NCBI GenBank assembly: GCA_040954595.2
Contig: CM082596.2
Location: forward strand, 966,736-1,030,735
Length of the DNA: 64,000 nt
Source: Balanoglossus misakiensis
Taxonomy: Eukaryota; Animalia; Hemichordata
Direction: 5' to 3'
Part shown: positions 39,901 through 51,779 of the stretch, one piece after another
How the letters are laid out: each line of letters opens with the position of its first letter
How positions within the stretch are numbered: position 1 is the first letter of the stretch
The notes under the pieces: generated by a model
What the model was told of the DNA's origin: nothing
Database searches by the model: none
The model's input: only the letters and a program-made list of their open reading frames with translations
Program-made: the position numbers and the translations under genes

Positions 39901-41145
39901 TGGCCGTTTTGGCCGTGAGGATGGAGCTTTAGTGATGACCACTAAGGGAGGTGCATTGATTGTGAAGATTTTGCGACGTTCAGCCGTCTTTGAAGAAAAG
40001 GACATGTCAGGGGGACCTCCAGCTGCTCAGAATCAGAAATTGAATGTACCGAAGAAAACAAAACTGTTTGTTGATCAGACTATGAGAGAAAGAGAAAATG
40101 GAACAGGTAATATGATAGCTTATGATTAACCAAGATTTTAGTATTCCACTGTCCTGTCAAAGATTATTTATTTAGCTTTTCACCCAAAGAGAGACCCATT
40201 GCTAAAAAGGAACCCTTGTTTCTTTTTTTCATGATCTCTCTTTCACAGCCATGCATCGGATGTTCCAACACGATCTCTATCGTCTTCGACTGAACACAGC
40301 GCGTGCATTCGTTAAAGCCTTGGACAACAGTTTGACTCCAATCTCAGTCAATCCATCAGAACCATTGAAATTATCAGCACAGGTAATTTACCAGATATTC
40401 AGATTTATGAAGTTGTATCAGTGTGATTTTCATCCTTTATGTGCTAGCCTGTTGCTGAATATCAACAACTGAGACGGACTGATATTTTTGTTGCAGATTC
40501 AAGGCATTGGGCCAACATTTAAGCTGACAGTTAGTTTACAGAACTCATCTACAAGTACTCCGTCCCTCTGTCTCGTCATCAGCTTCCAGTATGATGATAA
40601 ACTTTACGCCTTACAGAAGAACCTCATTCATGTAAGTACTGTCATATCACAGACAGTGTGGGTCTGACCCAAGGACTTGTTTAAATGGTCTGTGTGGAGG
40701 ATTTGTGTGTAGTAGTCAATCAATCACACCAGATATTCCTGATATCAAGATCTGACTGACTAGTAACCAAAATTCAAATGTGCACTAACAGTTTCTTTGG
40801 TTTGTACTTCTAGGTCCCAATGCTTGTACCAGGACTCAATTATAATTTTGAAACTTTAGTCGAATGTTTAAACGACAAAGGTATATCAGACACAATCAAG
40901 GTAAGTATGTCTGCAGTGTTACAAGAATAAGGTACACTTGTATTCTATAGTGGAATAGATTCATTGGAAACAAGTGACATGCTTTCGTATAATTCCATTC
41001 AGGTACTTCAATGATGAGATGACACTCGGTAATGCTTATGATTGTTCTCTGTTGATAGGTGTTTGTTCTACGACAAGGAAAGACTGTACCACTGATAACA
41101 GCTGTGATCAACATGCCTGTTAGTGAATCTGTCATAGTTGTCTGA
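36779..41145 (+). CDS. BBS1: Bardet-Biedl syndrome 1 protein (BBSome subunit), 15 exons
   Basis: Starts [10 protein letters not shown] (36779-36828). Exon 2 (from 37270) encodes [20 protein letters not shown], followed by [74 protein letters not shown] and a last exon ...[14 protein letters not shown] ending 41145. All introns GT-AG. Confidence 0.97.
37604..37694. mobile_element. Degenerate copy of a ~90-bp piggyBac-like MITE in BBS1 intron 2
   Basis: caccatggtttggtccaaatccattgtttt...gg(g)cctgtacagagggaa...gagggtta is co-linear with the copy at 46270-46362. Confidence 0.6.
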
Positions 41146-42069
41146 ATGGAGCTACCACCCCTGTTTTGCTGTGAAATGGACTGAGCCAAGCAAGAAAAAC
41201 ACTTGGAAATTCCAAGATACAGCGAGGTTGATGGGTTACAAGGTCGTGGGTACTGATATCTCAAGTGCTGAATCATGTGTCAAGAGATTACATTCTGAAT
41301 GTTTGTATTTGGATTTTGTGAAACGATTTGAAACTGACAGCTATATGTATTGTACCAGTTGACTTTTAATATCTCTTTCCATTCATTCATCTTGACAAAC
41401 TTATTTGTTAAGATATCATTTGTAGAGTATGTCTTGACCTAAAGATGTGATGTTTGTGTTCTTGAAGGCGATGAAATGTACATAGTTGTTATAACTGTTT
41501 TATGTAAATAAAAGAGAACATAAAAAACTACTATGCTGCCTTGTTTGGTTTTGACAAGCTAACAATCTGTTACAGCTATCTGTTCTCATGTGACACAAGA
41601 CAAACATGTGCCACAAAAATCACAATTGTTGTTAAACTCTGCTCCAATTCTAGTTTCATGCAAAGCTTGACTTTTATTACTTGGCTAGAAATCTGTTACT
41701 ACAGAAATTGACGAAGTCTTTTGAGATCTTGCAGTGAGCAGAAAAGCATTTCTTACCAATCATACCAGCTCACAACATTCCCAGATGTTACCTATTGGAA
41801 TCAAAACATTGATTTTGCACTCAAATCAAAAATAAGCAAAAATCGTTTCCCTATTTGTAATGTACCGGAGAGCAAAGAGGCTTATAATGTCACTGCTTTC
41901 CAAAACATACACTAAAACCTGTCACACCTGAAGCAACAAATAGCCAATATAGACTAGGCCTACCAGTTATTCAAATGTCACTGCTATAATAAAAGTCATT
42001 GATGAGACGCCTGCGGATCTACTTATTAAAACCAAAAAACAAATCTGTGTATCACTTGTTGCAACAGCC

Positions 42070-43605
42070 ATGAAAGGTAAGATATTGTCTGCACATTTAT
42101 GTGGAAAATTACTTCTTGCATGCCAATGGTGGGTTTATTAAGGATGAACATTATGCCTTTCTTGACTCTTGACCAATTCCGGGATTTGATTCCTGAGTCG
42201 CCACAATTTGTTGCACCGGAAGTTAAACCAGACTCAGTTTCCTCGTTAAAGTCAATTTACTGTGTGTTATTATCTTAATAGAGAGAAGACTGGTGATCAC
42301 CGGATGTTCTGTGTACAAAGTCATACCTGCATTATTAGTTTTTCTTGTATGGTTTACAATCTTTACTATAGATTCTCTGCCACGTCAACACAATGAATGG
42401 TAAGTTACTACTTCCACGATCACCGACACAAATGTGAAACACAATACATGTATTTGCAGAGCCAGGTCACCTAAATGGCTGCATAACAGCTTACTGACAA
42501 TGAACAAACTGGTTCTTTTAAACTTTGCATAAAGCTGAAATGGGTGCTGTTGTGATGTTGGATATTTATTTATTTCCATAGGGCATCGCCATTATATTTG
42601 GTGAAACAGCAAGGCAACACAACTTCACGTAAGACAGGAGTGAAGCCTCAGCATACGAAGCCTCAACAACGACAGTCTCAATCTTGTCGACCCCAAAGTG
42701 ACTTCATATTTATCAGGATCGCAAAAACTGGCAGCACCACCTTGTCTAAACTTCTATTCATCTATGGTCTAAAACACAAGTTAGTGGCTGGTCTTGGCAG
42801 CTTTTTCATCCGTCAAAATCCATCCTTGGAACCACGTCTGCAGTTACAGATTACACGATATAACTGCAGTTCATTCCCAGGATACAACTTTATGTCAAGT
42901 CACGTGATCTATAATCGTGAAGCCATGAAAGCACTTATTCCAAAAGCAAAAATCTTCTCACTCATTAGAAACCCTTACTTACGAACAAGATCATGGTTTT
43001 ACTCAACAAAATTGTTCGAAGATGACACCAAACACCTAACCTTTGAAGACTTCGTTCACAATTATCGTTCAACAAATAAGGATGATTTAAACAGTAATTG
43101 CCCCAGAGCCATATTTCGAACCCAATCTGGTTATTTTGATATTGCTTCCAATAATTGTCCAAATTACACATTATTAACATCCAAATTTGAACAGTTGGAG
43201 AGTGAAATAGGTTTAATATTAATCAATGAATATTATGAGGAGTCTTTGGTTCTTTTGAAGAAGTACTTATGTTGGGAGGACATTGATATGGTTTACATGT
43301 ATGCCAACTTTCATCCTTACAAGAGATTGGACATGGATGAAGTAGTGGAGGAAGTACTTAGTAAAACGAACGTGGTCGATATGAAACTGTATGAACACTT
43401 TAACCGCACTTTTTGGAAGAAAATACAAGATTATGATGGCAACTTTCAAGAAGATTTAGCAAGAATGCGCAGAGTCAGAAATGAAACAATCGAGAAATGT
43501 GCATTGGAAAAGTTTAAATCAGATTACTGCACACAGTTGTCAGTGAAGATTGGCAAACTGCAGCAACAAATAGCAAATGATCAATTAAAATGGTTCTGCT
43601 ATTAA
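42070..43605 (+). CDS. Galactose-3-O-sulfotransferase (GAL3ST)-like Golgi type II membrane sulfotransferase, 3 exons
   Basis: Exons 42070-42076, 42282-42399 and 42582-43605 give MKERRLVITGCSVYK, a TM segment VIPALLVFLVWFTIFTI, a stem and a catalytic domain with IRIAKTGSTTL (5'-PSB), IRNPYLRTRSWFY (3'-PB), INEYYEESLVLLKKYLCW and DMKLYEHFNRTFWKKI. Confidence 0.85.
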
Positions 43606-44124
43606 TAGGGGTGGATGGATCAAGGTTGGAGGGATGAAGTTTTGGACATAGTAATAGATTGGTGAATGGCTGGTTTTAATGGTTTGAAAATGACAATACT
43701 GAAAATTTTGTTGAAATAAAATATGTGATGTAGTACTTGGTCAGTTGATGATGTCATTAAATAATGACAATTCAAATGTTCTAGCTGCTTTCAGAATCTT
43801 CAATCCACAAAACATATATGGATTAAATTCAGTTCAATGTGGGCAAAGTTGATGTGTAATTGTTGTCACGTCATGGCACATATTGTTCCTGTGAAGTACA
43901 ATAACTTAGTGTATAATGTATCATAACCTTTTATTGTTGAAAAGAGCGATAAAGAAGTGTATTTGTGATATGCGTTGCTCTTTACAATGACTAAAATGAT
44001 CATTTCAGCCTTTCAGGTTCTTACAAAGGAAACTGTGTAATTCGCAATAGGGGGCGCTGTTGGCGGGTCATTCGAAACGAAATCAACATCACAGCGTCCG
44101 CGTCGTCATGTTACTCTGAAAACA

Positions 44125-47100
44125 ATGTCCCACAAACGTGCACATAATAGATCAAGAAGGGATCGGCCTTGTCCAAATCCACTGTTTTTACAATGGCTGA
44201 CAGAATGGTACCAGGCTGCGGCAGATGTTGGCTCTAAGATGCAGTTCGTATATGCGAAGGTTAGTGGTCTGGTCATCAACAATCTTTAATATGGGGTTAC
44301 TGTGGTTAACTATAGACTGAGACAATGAATGGATAAAGGGAAGATTTTTTGTCCTCTGCCTGAAGTTCAAGGGTGGGGGGCTGCTCATCGTAAGATTTAT
44401 TTACCCCCCCCCCCTCTCCCTCTATCCTATTCCTACATGCTACAGCCCTTGTATTCATTTTTCATTACAGGCGATTGACTCTCTGCAAAAGTATCCAGTA
44501 CCACTTTCAAGTGGTAAAGAAGCCAAAATACTTCAGGGATTTGGTGATAAAATATGTAAAATGTTGGATAAGAAATTAATGGAACAAGGTTGGTATTATC
44601 TGTTCTTGATTAGTTGAATTCACTTGCTCTTTATTTCATCATATTGATCAAAATTTATCAATTATGACAATCAAATCATATCAAAATGTTTCATGATGAA
44701 CTATTAATGACATCTTTCTTTTCAACCCAAGGAATCACTCCACGTTCACCCGAGATTCCTGAACAACATGAATCCGTCAGAAATGAAATCTCACAACCCG
44801 TTGAAGAACAGCAAACTAAGGTACATGATGCATGCATTTGTGGGAGAGTTGGCACCAAGTGAAGTCTCTCATAGATTGGTCTGTGTACTTGGTTTATTTC
44901 ACACATATAGCCTGTAATCATGTCAATGATTATACATGTATTTTTTATTTTTTTCTTAAACAGAAAAGGAGAGTTGTTGCCAAGAGACCAGGTGGAGGAA
45001 ACAAATCAAAAGAGTACATACCAACATACAGATCTGGTGCATATGCAATTATAGTGGCATTATACAACAATCTACAGAAAGCAGATAGTCGTGGCTATAT
45101 GTCAAAGGCCGAATTAACACGAGATGCTCAGCTGTTGTGTGATGCATCATTTTCACAGGTGAGTGAGTCTGCTCTGATTGGAACATGGGGTAATAAGCCC
45201 ACAGCTGAGTCAGTTTGAAGTCGACTTCTGCATATGACAATGACATGAAATGGAACTTTCAACTCAACATGACTTACACTGCCATACACTGTATGTTCAT
45301 GTAGCACTATTGATATCATATGTTATTTTTCCAGCCTGACCCTGGATGTCGGTACACAGCATGGTCGTCCATGGGAACACTGATTAAGAAGGGTTATGTA
45401 TTGAAGGAAAGCAGTCCCGCAAAGTAAGTCTAAAGCCAAAGGAAAATGCAGTCCCAGACATTTAATTTCATAGAGTGAATCTAAAGAAGCCCAAGTTATA
45501 TTTCTAAAGCAAGATTCAGTTTTCCTGAAATATAATTCTCTTGTCAATCCAGGTACAGTTTGACAGATACTGGCTGTGAATTGGCTGATAGACTACAATC
45601 AGTTGTGCCATCACCAGATGGAGAAACAGCGCCCTCATTCACCATTGGTGGTACAGTCAATGTGCATCAAACTACAGGAGATTGCAGTACTGCTTACCCG
45701 TACGTACATGTAATTTTATTTTAAGTGACACTGAGATAAGACCCACCATGTGTACTTGTTTTAGTAAAACCAAGTATCAAGAAAGCTTTCAGACCTTAAT
45801 TTCAAAAACCAAATATGAAGTATCGTTTCTTTTTCAAGACAGGCCCAACACATCATCTCAAGTCACTCTCAGTAGTGATGATGATGAAGATAGGCAACAA
45901 CTTATCACTGGACAAAATAATGGGAAAGATGATGATGTAATGATGGCTGGCAGTTCCAAATCCCAAAACGCAGTCTTACCGCAGCGTGGGACGGACTACT
46001 GCAGTGGAAATTCCCAAATCAGTGTCAGCTTGGATTGTTACATTGGGAGTGGCACTAGTTTGCCTTCAGATGTGACATCATCACAGAGTACGGTTGCAAG
46101 TAGATCAGAGTCTGACCTGCAAAGCAGCTGTAGTGTGACACCAGCAACAGATTTCAGACCAGAGTTTGTCCTTCAGCCAGGAGCGTTTGATATTGTGCTG
46201 TGTGTTGATAACTGTGAAACTGCTGGGTAAGTTTATATCCTGAGCTGCTGTGGTCACTGATGTCAGGTTTTAACCCTTTGAACACCATGGTTTGGTCCCA
46301 ACCCATTGTTTTCTTTGGTAAACCTGGACCTCTAAAGAGAGAACTAGGGGTGAAAGGGTTTCTAATACTGCAGGTTCATTTCTATTCCTGTATGCTACCA
46401 TACATGTCTTCAATTACAGTGTCATTAATATTGATATATTTCAGGGGTGTTAACAGCAGGAAGCAAAACTTGGTTCCAGAACTTCAAAGGAACGGAATAA
46501 ATTTTGACGTACGGAAGCTACAGATTGGTGACTTTCTGTGGGTTGCTAAAGAAAAGGTTAAACCAAAGCCTGGTAAGTTACTTCTTGTACATTTTTGGTT
46601 TCAGTTTGAAGTGAGTTAGAATTGTTTGAAGCATTACGTTTATTGCAATACCTACACTCTTGTATCACTCTGCTGTACAGGCTGTCTGCAGGTACCTGTT
46701 GCAAGAGAAGTAGTTTTAGATTACGTTGCTGAGAGAAAGAGAATGGATGATCTGGCTAGCAGTATCATGGACGGAAGGTTTAAGGAACAAAAGGTATGGA
46801 TTCTGTGTTGGGTACTTCTTAAAGGGAGACATTTTCCTTTCAATGTTCAACTGGTCTCTCTGTATTTTCTCTGGAAATTAGATAAACATGCACTGTTGTT
46901 TTTCTAGTTCCGTCTGAAAAATTGTGGCTTGAAGAAACCAATTTATCTGGTAGAAGACTTTGGTTGCAGTCAGAATTTGAGTATACCAGAAACCACACTA
47001 CGACAGGCAATAGTGAACACTCAGGTCAGTAGACTGCAAAGTTATGTTACTATAGCAGGCACCAGATTTGGCAGTTAAGATCCTAGAATAACATAAACTT

Positions 47101-48136
47101 TTGTGTGGTTTCTTTAGGTAATCGATGGTTTCTTAATAAAACAAACTCACTCATTGAAGGAGTCTGTTGGATATCTGACTATTATGACGAGATATTTACA
47201 AAGTCTGTACACAGTAAGTCAAACACCTTTTCTGAAAACATTTAACTTATTATCCTCAACTTATGTACTCCTTCAAATAACTGGTTGGTCTTCATTTCTT
47301 TATTTCGATTTTCAGAACAAGACTTTAGTGGCCTGTACAAAAGAACAGCGGGACAGCCTTCAGAATGAATCTTACACAAGTGATCATCGGCATATCCTAA
47401 TGACATTTGGAGAGTTCAATGAATTAAGCATCAAAAACAAGGTAATTATTTGTACATTTCACAGGATTCCCTGCTGCTTTTTGTGGTGACACTTACAGGA
47501 TTCACTTGCCGTAGGTTTATTCACCTGGCCAATAATCAGTTGAAGCTAAAGTATTGACATGATTTTTCACAGGCCATGACAGTTACAGAGATGTTTGCCA
47601 AACAACTTATGCAAATCAGTGGTCTGTCTGCAGAGAAGGCAAAAGTTGTGCTCGAAAAGTATCGCACACCAAAGCAGTAAGTGTACATATAACATATAAC
47701 ATCGTATATATTTTGGGGGCATATGAATGGTACGAGTCTTGTGATTGTCGAGTTTAAATACAATGTAGTACTAATATCCCACTGCAAGATAATAAAGGAG
47801 TCACAAAGAGTATATGTCTTGTTTTCTGTGTAGGCTTATAGAAGCATACCAAAGTTGTCAAAGCGTTGCAGCAAAAGAAAAACTACTGTCTTTACTCAAG
47901 TATGGCAAATCACAGAGGTGAGTTGTAGAGCGCCCTCTAGAGAGACTTCAACAAGTTGGCAAAAACGTTTTTTCAGTGGAATTTATTGCAGTTAGATACA
48001 GAACGAGACTGATTTTGTGGGAACCTCATAATGACAGATGCTGTTTTTTCATCATTTTAAATATTACAGAAATCTTGGTCCATCATTGAGCAAGTCAGTG
48101 TATCAACTTTACAACGCTGAAGGTACTCTACAATAA
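44125..48136 (+). CDS. MUS81: Crossover junction endonuclease MUS81, 15 exons
   Basis: N-terminal [13 protein letters not shown]...[19 protein letters not shown]; winged helix [13 protein letters not shown]...[14 protein letters not shown]; ERCC4 domain [41 protein letters not shown]; C-terminal HhH; stop TAA 48134-48136. Confidence 0.96.
46270..46362. mobile_element. ~90-bp piggyBac-like MITE (TTAACCCTTT...AAAGGGTT) in a MUS81 intron
   Basis: Inverted ends ttaaccctttgaacacc / ggggtgaaagggtt. Related copies lie at 37604-37694 and, right half only, ~27050-27091. Confidence 0.65.
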
Positions 48137-48716
48137 GTACTTCCCTGCTTGTGAAGATAGTCTGCAACTTCATCAAACAAGAAAGAAAACAATTCTAATC
48201 TTTTGTAAATATTTACTTTTTCAAGTGTCCTTTTTATTAAACTATGTTATTGCAATGTTATTTGTGAAGTCTACATTTCTGTACATTAAGCGTGGCAACT
48301 GATGAAACGATTCCTTATGTCCAATTGTCAAGAGCATATGTTTTATTAATGGCTTATCTACAAATATAACATACATGTATATACATGTTGACAAATGTTC
48401 ACATTGCACTAATTGTTAACCATCAGTGTCCCAATTTTCACTGATTCATGTTGGTCATAAAGACTAAATAATAACATGCACATAATGTAAATGAAAACTT
48501 AAATGGAATATGTCCACTCTCATACATAAAGACTAAATAAAACTTCTGTCTAAAAGTCACTATGAAATCAGGAAGTGTACCAGTAATATTAAGTTACTAA
48601 ATATTCTGGATGGAGTATTCATAAGACTGGATTATTGTTTGCTGTGTGGAATTATATGATGACAGCACCAGTCTGAACTCCTTGTGTGTTATCTTATGGG
48701 GTTGACTCTTCCAACA

Positions 48717-49577
48717 TTACATGTTGCCATGGTATTTACTGATGTGGGTACAAAGAGGTGGTTCACGGACAAACTGCATGAATCTCTCGCCTGGTCTGTC
48801 CTCCACAACATTGACAGCCACTTCACAGATGAATGGCTGTAGGGAAAACAGAGAGAACAGGACTCGATTTCAGTGTTGGTTGATTGAAGATCATTTCAAT
48901 GGTCATGTTTAGTCCAAAGACCCTGGAAAAGTCCACGCTTTGTCATAGTCTAAGATTCTAAGAGTCAAGAAAAGTAAATTTGCGTAAAGTGTCACAATAT
49001 ATATGCAATTATAATCATACCTCTGGTGAATTTTTGCTTGTGTTAATTTCACAATTTTGTATGTCCTTCAAGTTGTCCTCATTATTACGACATGTTGTCG
49101 GTGTTGTCTCTATTGTCAGGAAATAGTTGTAACCATGAACAAGCTGGAGAAAAAAAGATACTGTTACACATACATCGAGACCTGGGTCAGTAAATAGAGT
49201 ACACAGAGTAAGTTTTATCTGATATGCTGCCATTTAACTTGTGGTACGAAACACTTAGCTAGAGCTGCGCTACGCCCCTCCAACGCATCTTCTGCAACTA
49301 ATTCGTATACGGCATCATTTTGCGATCAACACGATAGCAACGATTCAAAGATTCGATAACTTACCTGCTTCTGTGCCTTGATGATGTCTGTCAGCTTGTT
49401 CAAATACATCGAATTTGACATCTTGTTGAGCTCTGTGACAGCAAACTCGGCTGCTTCAATGACATCTTTGTCATCGACATTCACATCTTTAGGAGCTCCC
49501 AGTAAATTAGCAAAACTTATGTCAAGGCTGAGACAAAACACGAGGCAGAAAGCCGGATAATAGATGATACGACCCAT
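48717..49577 (-). CDS. Secreted type-2 cystatin (cysteine protease inhibitor), 3 exons
   Basis: Exons 49577-49365, 49143-49021, 48836-48717. Signal peptide, conserved N-terminal Gly (LLGAP), QLVHG across the exon 1/2 junction (QxVxG), and two Cys pairs (TTC...QNC; ICE...PLC). Confidence 0.9.
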
Positions 49578-51779
49578 CTCTCAAGGCTTATGGTGTTTTC
49601 CTACCAGTATGTCGTCGTAGGATGGATTTCGGTACGCCTCTTATTCAGATTCAAAGAAGAATTCTTACTCAGAAATATTTTGTCGCCACGTAAACTAATG
49701 TTCAAATAAGCAGAATTATCCCCTATAAGGTAAATACTTCACACCGTGATTCCCGTTCTTCCGAGGAAAAGTCCATAACATTAGACTAAATTAATTTCTT
49801 TCTCCTTACGTTAACCGCGTTGCGCGTATGTTGAAAACACTGACAATAGCCTCAGCCACGGATGCAGCTTCGGGTTCAAATGACTGGAGTTTGAGTTTTG
49901 TATGTTTCCCGCGAAAGTCGCATGAGAAAATAGACATGTATACTATTTAAGTAAATAAAGTATAACAGTTTGGCTTTAGGAGGGAAGCAAAACTATCATC
50001 ACGAAATTTCAAAAGGTTTGTGTTGGATTGCTGATGATAATATGGTAGGCCTGGATACCAAATACAAACATTTTAGTATTGATTGTTTCAAGTAGGCCTA
50101 TGCTTGTACATTGTACTTGGAATATTGCAAGTGATGGGCCTCCCCATTACTAAGAATGACATGTTTCGTATGAAACCTACCTTTAACATATAGGTTTTGG
50201 CACTCCTACGATGTCCATCGGCCGTAAACTAACCCAAATGAAGATCCAAAACTGGGCTCCAAAGGCAAAACACAGACGAGCAGACGACACATGTCGGATC
50301 GATGAGTATTTGAACACACGCGGCAACTCGCTCATACCATAGTGCTCACATCGGATGGGAGATCGACTTCTCTCGGAGTAATCCGTGAATAAACCCTAAG
50401 TTTACAGAATTGTGTATCGAACAACCTGATTAAAATCCGCGGTTGAGATAGGCGATCGCGACGGTATCTTTGCTCCTTGCGTTCATCTGCTGCAGTAGAA
50501 CGCACGCGCGCGTTCATCAGGCGCACATCACATCGCGAAAAATTTACATAATTGTATCAATTGCTTTTATATATCTTCTACCACATGTACCATGATCCTT
50601 CTGGTTGATGCTTTTTGAAGTTTTCCCTCTTTTTGCAACTAAAATAAGCAACATTTTGTTGGTCAATGATAAAAAAATTTCCAATACATCGGCCTCGAAC
50701 TCGTATACCAAAATGTACGATTTAATGCATTAAAAATGTAAATATTTGCATGGTGATGGCGAGGATCTGCCAACCGTAAATAGAGTTTGACATTTAGGTG
50801 TATAAAATAGGACTGCGCCAATTATTGAGCCGGTTAGGGTATCTACGACCTGCCAGCGTTGCAGCTGACTGATACAAAAATTTTTGGAGGCCAATACGTC
50901 ACTACTGTACGTGGCCAATATTGACAATCAAAAGATAGATTTATGACTGAAGCAATGCTATAAGCCCTGCCACTAATTTTTGGAATGATTTTGAGTTTCT
51001 GATGTCACTCATGTCAGTTTCATTCAGCATAAGGGGGAGATAAAATTGTGTCAGGGTTATTGCAGTATAAAATAACTAATACCATGACTACCACCCATGT
51101 AAGATGTTGGGATTGGACTTGAGGCGAAATTGTGAAAAGTGTATTTTGAGACAATTTGGTCTGAATGTCTACCCTAAAATATTGTCAGATTACTTTGGAG
51201 TTTAGTGGACATCATTTATTCTTCATAGGATATTATTTGATTGGTTATACCCACTTCATACCTATGTCTTAGAATGCCATAATGTTTGGTGTGAGACTTT
51301 GGGGTACAGGTAGGTGGCTGGGTATATACATGTGCAGTGTATATTGTTTGTAGGTGGATGGGTTCATTGATCAATGGAGTTGATTGATTTAGTTAGTTGG
51401 ATATGAAAGATGAATGGGTCTGGGTTGTTGGCTTGAAAGTGCGGTTGGTTGGAGTGATAGGTCCGAGTGGTCAAATCACGGCGCCCTCAACGGACACGGA
51501 ATGAAATATTTTGTTTTTAGCATTAAAAAACTTTTCATAAAACAACACTACGACATCAGTAGTTTTATACAGTGACTTTATTTAAAATGGTTCAGAATGT
51601 ATAAAAGTCTGCAGAAAAAGTTTATTTCACAAAAAATACAAATTTTACCACAATTTGAAAACTTGGGGTATCCCAAAGAATCTACACATGTATCAACTTT
51701 CATTGTGTACGTGTCAATTTTAATCTTTCCCAAAGGAAACTTTTTAACCACCTCCATAATCACCATGTCTTCTGTTTAC

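Noticed and set aside
48723-48736. X-box-like GTTGCCATGGTATT in cystatin exon 3
   Set aside because: Single match explained by the codons KYHGN and not near a promoter.
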